A stretch of 64,000 nucleotides of DNA from NCBI GenBank assembly GCA_043228905.1, contig JBHGNT010000045.1, positions 62,001-126,000 of the forward strand. Direction: 5' to 3'. Below the pieces are notes generated by a model. The model was not told the DNA's origin, made no database searches, and saw only the letters and a list, made by a program, of their open reading frames with translations. The translations under genes and the position numbers were made by a program. How positions within the stretch are numbered: position 1 is the stretch's first letter; every line of letters starts with the position of its first letter. Below, piece after piece: positions 60,004 to 64,000 of this stretch. This stretch comes from Azolla caroliniana (Eukaryota > Plantae > Polypodiophyta).

Positions 60004-60831
60004 TTAGCTTCGATTCCCGCCTTCCTTTCGAGTCTGGGCGATTTGGAGATCCTTTATCGCCCGCGTCAACTCCTCCAGCGCTGCTCCTCCGGACGAGCCA
60101 TTGACCATGCCGGTCGAAGCCGGACCGGTTTCGAGCCATTCCCGGGTTTCTTCCCTTCGCCCTTGCGGTGTCGGTTCAAGCCTCCTTGCTGTGACAGAGC
60201 CCGCACCGGCCGCCCCGTTGTCAGCCCATTCTCGCTGTTTGTCGAAACGGCCACAAACTCTCTTAACCGCAGCCCAGTCGGTCGTCAGCCCGTCTTTGGT
60301 TTCCAGCAAGGAGCCGACTTGATCCCGGTCCCGCTCGTCCACCGACTTGACGAAAAGTAGGACCCGGCTCGTATCCAGAACGGTTCGGTCAAGCGCCGAA
60401 AGGCGCGCAAAGCGTTCTTCGAACTCCCGGAGGAGTGCCGACGCGTTTCTTCCCTTGCCGGGGGACTCCACCCATTCCATGAAGTCTCGTTTCGAAAGCC
60501 GGAGCGCGTCGTCCAGCCCGTATTTTTCTAGGAGTCGGCCTTCGAACTCCTCCCAGGTACGGCTCTCCGCCCGCACCTCGAGCACCTCCGCATGGATGCT
60601 CGGCATCGCCACTCGAGGAAACCCGGCAAGACGCCTCTCTTCCGGAATGTCCCGCATCAGCATTTCTGCCCCGTAGGACACCAAATACTTCATGGCATCC
60701 TTTCCGCTGAACCGGCCGATCGTACCGACGACCACCTCAATAGCTCTGTCGAGGGCGCCGGTGCCCTCGCGTGCGCTCAATATCCGATCCACGGCCGAAG
60801 CCATGGCCTCCGCAAGATCCGACCCCTTCAT
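60004..60831 (-). pseudogene. gag: 3'-truncated retrotransposon Gag-like ORF, 275 aa from MKGSDLAEAM
   Basis: The first ATG after the PBS is at 60831, in frame with the 458-aa track ORF. The segment GRFSGKDAMKYL...WEEFEGRLLEKY...LLREFEERFARL...LLFVKSV has the helical capsid-like pattern of retrotransposon Gag. The final codons and the TAA (60004-60006) lie in satellite sequence. Confidence 0.75.
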
Positions 60832-60853
60832 CTTCTGCTCTTCTGGCGGCTCC

Positions 60854-60871
60854 TTCACGTCGGGTTCACCA
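60854..60871 (-). promoter_or_regulatory. Primer-binding site complementary to the 3' end of tRNA-Trp
   Basis: The minus strand reads TGGTGAACCCGACGTGAA. The plus strand, TTCACGTCGGGTTCACCA, matches the last 18 nt (including CCA) of plant cytosolic tRNA-Trp(CCA) as I recall it (...TTCGATTCACGTCGGGTTCA+CCA). Confidence 0.85.
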
Positions 60872-61019
60872 AGATGTCGAGGTATTCCTCGCGGATGCGT
60901 GGAATGAGGCGGGACCTCGGGGGTCTTGTACCGAAGAGCAAGAGAGAAAGGAGAAGGGAGGGGACCCACTACGTGCGAGCGTAGATTCACAGGGACACGG
61001 CCCTTCGACACAAAGACAC

Positions 61020-61090
61020 GAGTGGGACACCGACACAGAGAGACACGAATGTATGTAAATGTATATATTAACAAACAAACAACAAGAAGC
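61020..61090 (-). terminator. Candidate plant-type polyadenylation signal region in the LTR
   Basis: The minus strand has U/G-rich TTCTTGTTGTTTGTTTG, then AATATA (61069-61064), then GT-rich CGTGTCTCTCTGTGTCGGTGTC. This is the usual far-upstream / near-upstream / downstream order; motif evidence only. Confidence 0.35.
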
Positions 61091-61260
61091 ACGAAGTCGG
61101 TTACAACCGAACAGGCCGGCGAACAGATGCCGATGCCTGTTCGTAAACGCACAGAAAGGAAAGAGTAGGTTGGAGGTGCTGCCGGAAGCACTCGGGCATT
61201 CCTCAGAGCAGCGCGAGCCTCCCGAAGCCTGCACAGCAAGAAGCTACGGAGTTTGCGAGC

Positions 61261-61274
61261 GAGAGAGAGAGAGA
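61261..61274. repeat. (GA)7 microsatellite, a (TC)7 pyrimidine patch in the element's leader
   Basis: GAGAGAGAGAGAGA is read directly, downstream of the LTR TATA box on the minus strand. Confidence 0.8.
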
Positions 61275-61348
61275 AGCCTCCTGCCCACAAACCGACAACA
61301 ATTCTTCCTCGACTCTCCGCGATCCCTTCCCTCCTCCTCGTCTCCCTC

Positions 61349-61356
61349 CTTTTATA
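61349..61356 (-). promoter_or_regulatory. TATA box of the LTR promoter
   Basis: The minus strand reads GCCTATAAAAGG about 170 bp from the LTR 5' end, oriented toward gag. Confidence 0.7.
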
Positions 61357-61387
61357 GGCAAGGAAGGGGTCGTTTCCCATTAACTTC

Positions 61388-61409
61388 CTACCTACCGAAT
61401 CTACCTACC
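61388..61409. promoter_or_regulatory. Tandem CTACCTACC pair, each containing ACCTACC (AC-I/H-box-type MYB site), in LTR U3
   Basis: CTACCTACC at 61388-61396 and 61401-61409, about 30-55 bp upstream of the TATA box on the element strand. Confidence 0.45.
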
Positions 61410-61527
61410 TAGGATCTTCTATGTACCTAATTCTCTCTTATGTACAATATAAGGCGTACGTGCATGAAGAGCCGGTTCCTACGCTCCGGTATACCGATTC
61501 CGCTTGTGGACGGTTTTCTTCACGACA

Positions 61528-62292
61528 GCGTTTGTCATTGAAAATGTTCATACCTAGCTCGTGTGATATTGGATTTTTCTGTTCAAACATGCGAATCGAA
61601 ACTAACTACGCTGACTATGATATGGAATTGGAAAATCATGATTTTGAAACTCAGATGGAGTGATATGAAGAAAATAGCCAAGTGTAGAAGGTCGTAGACA
61701 AGAGTGCGTAGGTAAATAAAAATGTCCATACCTGGCTTGTGTGTTCAAACATGCGAATTGAAGCTAACTACTTTGGCTATGACTTGGAATTAAAATATGT
61801 GAATTTTGAAACTCCGATCAGAAGACATGAAGTAAAAAGAAAAGTGTAGAAGGTCTTAGACAAGAGCGCGTGAGTAAATGAAAATCTTCATACCTGGCTC
61901 GTGTGATATTGGATTTTTTTCTTCAAACATTGGAAATGAAGCCAACTACGCTGGCTATGATATGGAATTGAAAAATCATGATTTTGAAACTCAGATCGAG
62001 AGACATGAAGTAGAAAGAAAAGTGTAGAAGGTCGTAACCAAAAGCGTGTGAGTAAATGAAAATGTTCATACCTGGCTCGTGTGATATCGGATTTTTGTGT
62101 TCAAACATGCTCATCGAAGCTAACTATGCTGGCTATGATATCGAATTGGAAAATCATGATTTTGAAACTCACATCGAGTGACATGAAGAAATTAGCCAAC
62201 TGTAGAAGGTCATAGACAAGAGCGCGTGAGTAAATTAAAATATTCATACCTGGCTCGTGTGATATCGGATTTTTGTGTTCAAACATGAGAAT
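61528..62292 (-). repeat. Diverged satellite subfamily 2, ~4.4 monomers, inverted relative to the main array
   Basis: The reverse-complement motif CCT(G/A)GCT occurs at 61553, 61731, 61893, 62071 and 62249 (spacings 178, 162, 178, 178). Subfamily marks are GTAGAAGGTCGTAGACAAGAG and AACTACGCTGGCTATG. Confidence 0.92.
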
Positions 62293-62295
62293 GGG

Positions 62296-62597
62296 TTTCA
62301 TTTACTCACGTGCTCTTGTCTAGGACCTTCTACAGTTTTCTTTTTACTTCATTTCTTTCAATCTAAGTTTCAAAATCATGATTTTTCAATTCCATATCAT
62401 AGCTGCCCTAGTTCGCTTTTCATTTTGCATGTTTGAAGAAAAAAATCCGATATCACACGAGCCAGGTATGAACATTTTTATTTACTCACGCGCTCTTGTC
62501 TACGACGTCCTCAACTTGGCTCTTTTCGTCATGTCTCTCGATCTGAGTTTCAAAATCATGATTTTTCAATTCCATATCATAGGCAGCTTAGTAAGCT
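62296..62597 (+). repeat. Locally inverted ~1.7-monomer segment of subfamily 2
   Basis: Orientation switches after ...AAACATGAGAAT-GGG to TTTCATTTACTCACG, includes GATATCACACGAGCCAGGTATGAAC, and reverts near 62595. Confidence 0.9.
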
Positions 62598-62626
62598 CGT
62601 GTGATATGGGATTGAGAAATCATGAT

Positions 62627-64000
62627 CGTGTGAGTAAATGAAAATGTTCATATCTGGCTTGTGTGATATCAGATTTTTGTGTTCAAACGTGGGAATTGAA
62701 GCTAATGACATATTCCATAATATGCAATTAAAAACTAATGATTTTGAAATCCAAGTCAAGAGACATGAAGAAAAAAGAAAAGTTGAAGAGGGCGTAGACA
62801 AGAACGTTTGAGTAAATGAAAATGTTCATACCTGGCCCATGTGATATCGGATTTTTGGTTTCAATCATGTGAATCGAAGCTAACAACACACTCTATAATA
62901 TGGAAAATAAAAATCATGATTTTGGAACTCAGGTTGAGAGACAAGAACCAAAAAGCAATGTTACGGAGGGCGTGTTTGAGTAAATGAAAATGTTCATACT
63001 TGGCTTGTGTGATAGCGGATTTTTGTGTTCAAACATGTGAATCGAAGCTAACAACACACTCTATAATATGGAATATAAAAATCATGATTTTGAAACTCAG
63101 GTTGAGAGACAAGAAGAAAAAAGCAAAGTTAAGGAGTGCTTAGAGAAGAGCGTGGGAGTGAATGAAAATGTTGATACCTCGCTCATGCGATATCGGATTT
63201 TTGTTTACATGGGAATTGAAGCTAACAACACACTCTATAATATGGAATATAAAATTCATGATTTTGAAACTCGGGTTGAGAGAAATGAAGAAAAAAGCAA
63301 AGTTAAGGAGGGCGTAGAGAAGAGCGTATGAGTAAATGAAAATGTTCATACCTGGTTCGTGTGATATTGGATTTTTGTGTTCAAACATGCGAATCGAAGA
63401 TAATAACACAATCTATAATATGGAATATAAAAATCATGATTTTGACACTCAGCTTGAGAGACAAGAAGAAAAAAGCAAAGTTAACGAGTGCTTAGAGAAG
63501 AGCGTGTGAGTAAATGAAAATGTTCATACATGCCTCGTGTGATATCGGATTTTTGTGTTCAAACGTGGGAATCGAAGCTAATGACACACTCTATAATATG
63601 GAATATAAAAATCATGATTCTAAAACTCAGGTTGAGAGACATGAAGAAAAAAGCAAAGTCAAGAAGGGCGTAGAGAAGAGCGTGTGAATAATTGAAAATG
63701 TTCATACCTGGCCCATGTGATATCGGATTTTTGGTTTCAATCATGCGAATCGAAGCTAACAACACACTCTATAATATGGAAAATAAAAATCATGATTTTG
63801 GAACTCAGGTTGAAGGACAAGAACAAAAAAGCAATGTTACGGAGGGCGTGTTTGAGTAAATGAAAATGTTCATACTTGGCTTGTGTGATAGCGGATTTTT
63901 GTGTTCAAACATGTGAATCGAAGCTAACAACACACTCTATAATATGGAATATAAAAATCATGATTTTGAAACTCAGGTTGAGAGACAAGAAGAAAAAAGC
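62627..64000 (-). repeat. Diverged satellite subfamily 3 with an 876-bp 5-mer repeat, running off the window end
   Basis: Subfamily marks are AACAACACACTCTATAATATGG and AAAAGCAAAGTTAAGGAG. CCTGGCCCATGTG at 62831 and 63707, and GTTACGGAGGGCGTGTTTGAG at 62960 and 63836, are 876 bp apart (5x178-14). Confidence 0.9.

Larger units (their letters stand above)
1..60016 (+). repeat. Homogeneous tandem satellite array, 178-bp monomer, ~337 copies, candidate centromeric satellite
   Basis: AGCGTTGTTAGCTTCGATTCGCATGTTTGAACACAAAAATCCGATATCACACGAGCCAGGTATGAAC recurs at 1, 179, 357 and onward (period 178) in one orientation, uninterrupted up to ...GCTTCGATTC at 60016. Most monomers carry one GCTAGC (NheI) site. 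Centromere function is inferred only from monomer size and HOR structure. Confidence 0.97.
60017..61527 (-). mobile_element. Truncated LTR retrotransposon (5' LTR + PBS + 5' part of gag; pol and 3' LTR missing), probably Ty3/Gypsy
   Basis: GC-rich non-satellite block. On the minus strand it reads LTR (TGTCG...CGACA), a 3-nt spacer, a TGG-starting tRNA primer-binding site, then a long gag-like ORF that runs into the satellite. The superfamily is inferred from the gag character because no RT or integrase is present. Confidence 0.88.
60875..61527 (-). repeat. 5' long terminal repeat, 653 bp
   Basis: The minus strand begins TGTCGTG at 61527 and ends CTCGACA at 60875, giving canonical TG...CA termini with a 6/7 inverted match. 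The PBS follows 3 nt later, and satellite resumes right of 61527. There is no second LTR to confirm the limits. Confidence 0.85.

Noticed and set aside
1-60016. CRISPR array or repeat-spacer system
   Set aside because: Entire 178-bp units repeat. There are no unique spacers, leader or cas genes.
1-60016. 5S rDNA or tRNA-derived tandem array
   Set aside because: No 5S, tRNA or Pol III box similarity is recognisable in the monomer.
60854-60871. tRNA-Trp gene
   Set aside because: Only the 3'-terminal 18 nt, including CCA, are present beside an LTR end. This is a primer-binding site, not a cloverleaf.
60832-61380. N-terminal 183 aa of the 458-aa ORF
   Set aside because: The ATG at 61380 lies upstream of the LTR TATA box, and the frame runs through the LTR and PBS with non-protein-like composition. 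The plausible gag start is 60831.
60001-61412. Plus-strand and alternative-frame ORFs overlapping gag and the LTR
   Set aside because: These are shadow ORFs expected in GC-rich sequence, with no recognisable domains.
61528-61537. Alternative LTR end at ...TTTGTCA (61537)
   Set aside because: The end at 61527 gives the TGTCG/CGACA inverted termini, and GCGTTTG...TGAAAATG aligns with degenerate satellite.

Overview
This is eukaryotic, most likely land-plant, (peri)centromere-like DNA with no host genes and no prokaryotic systems. Bases 1-60016 are a single head-to-tail array of about 337 copies of a 178-bp AT-rich satellite. Diagnostic variants show the array is built from successive local higher-order repeats (HORs): 10/11-mer, 18-mer with 24- and 13-mer variants, 17-mer, 25-mer, 23-mer, and a nested 11->13->17-mer. 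At 60016/60017 the array cuts directly into a minus-strand LTR retrotransposon fragment. The fragment has a 653-bp 5' LTR (TGTCG...CGACA, with a TATA box), an 18-nt primer-binding site matching plant tRNA-Trp, and a gag ORF whose stop codon comes from the satellite; pol and the 3' LTR are absent. Beyond the LTR (61528-64000) the same satellite family resumes as more diverged subfamilies, mostly in the opposite orientation, with a ~300-bp internal inversion, a scrambled junction and an 876-bp 5-mer repeat. All periods were counted by hand from marker positions. Species, centromere function and element lineage cannot be established from the sequence alone.
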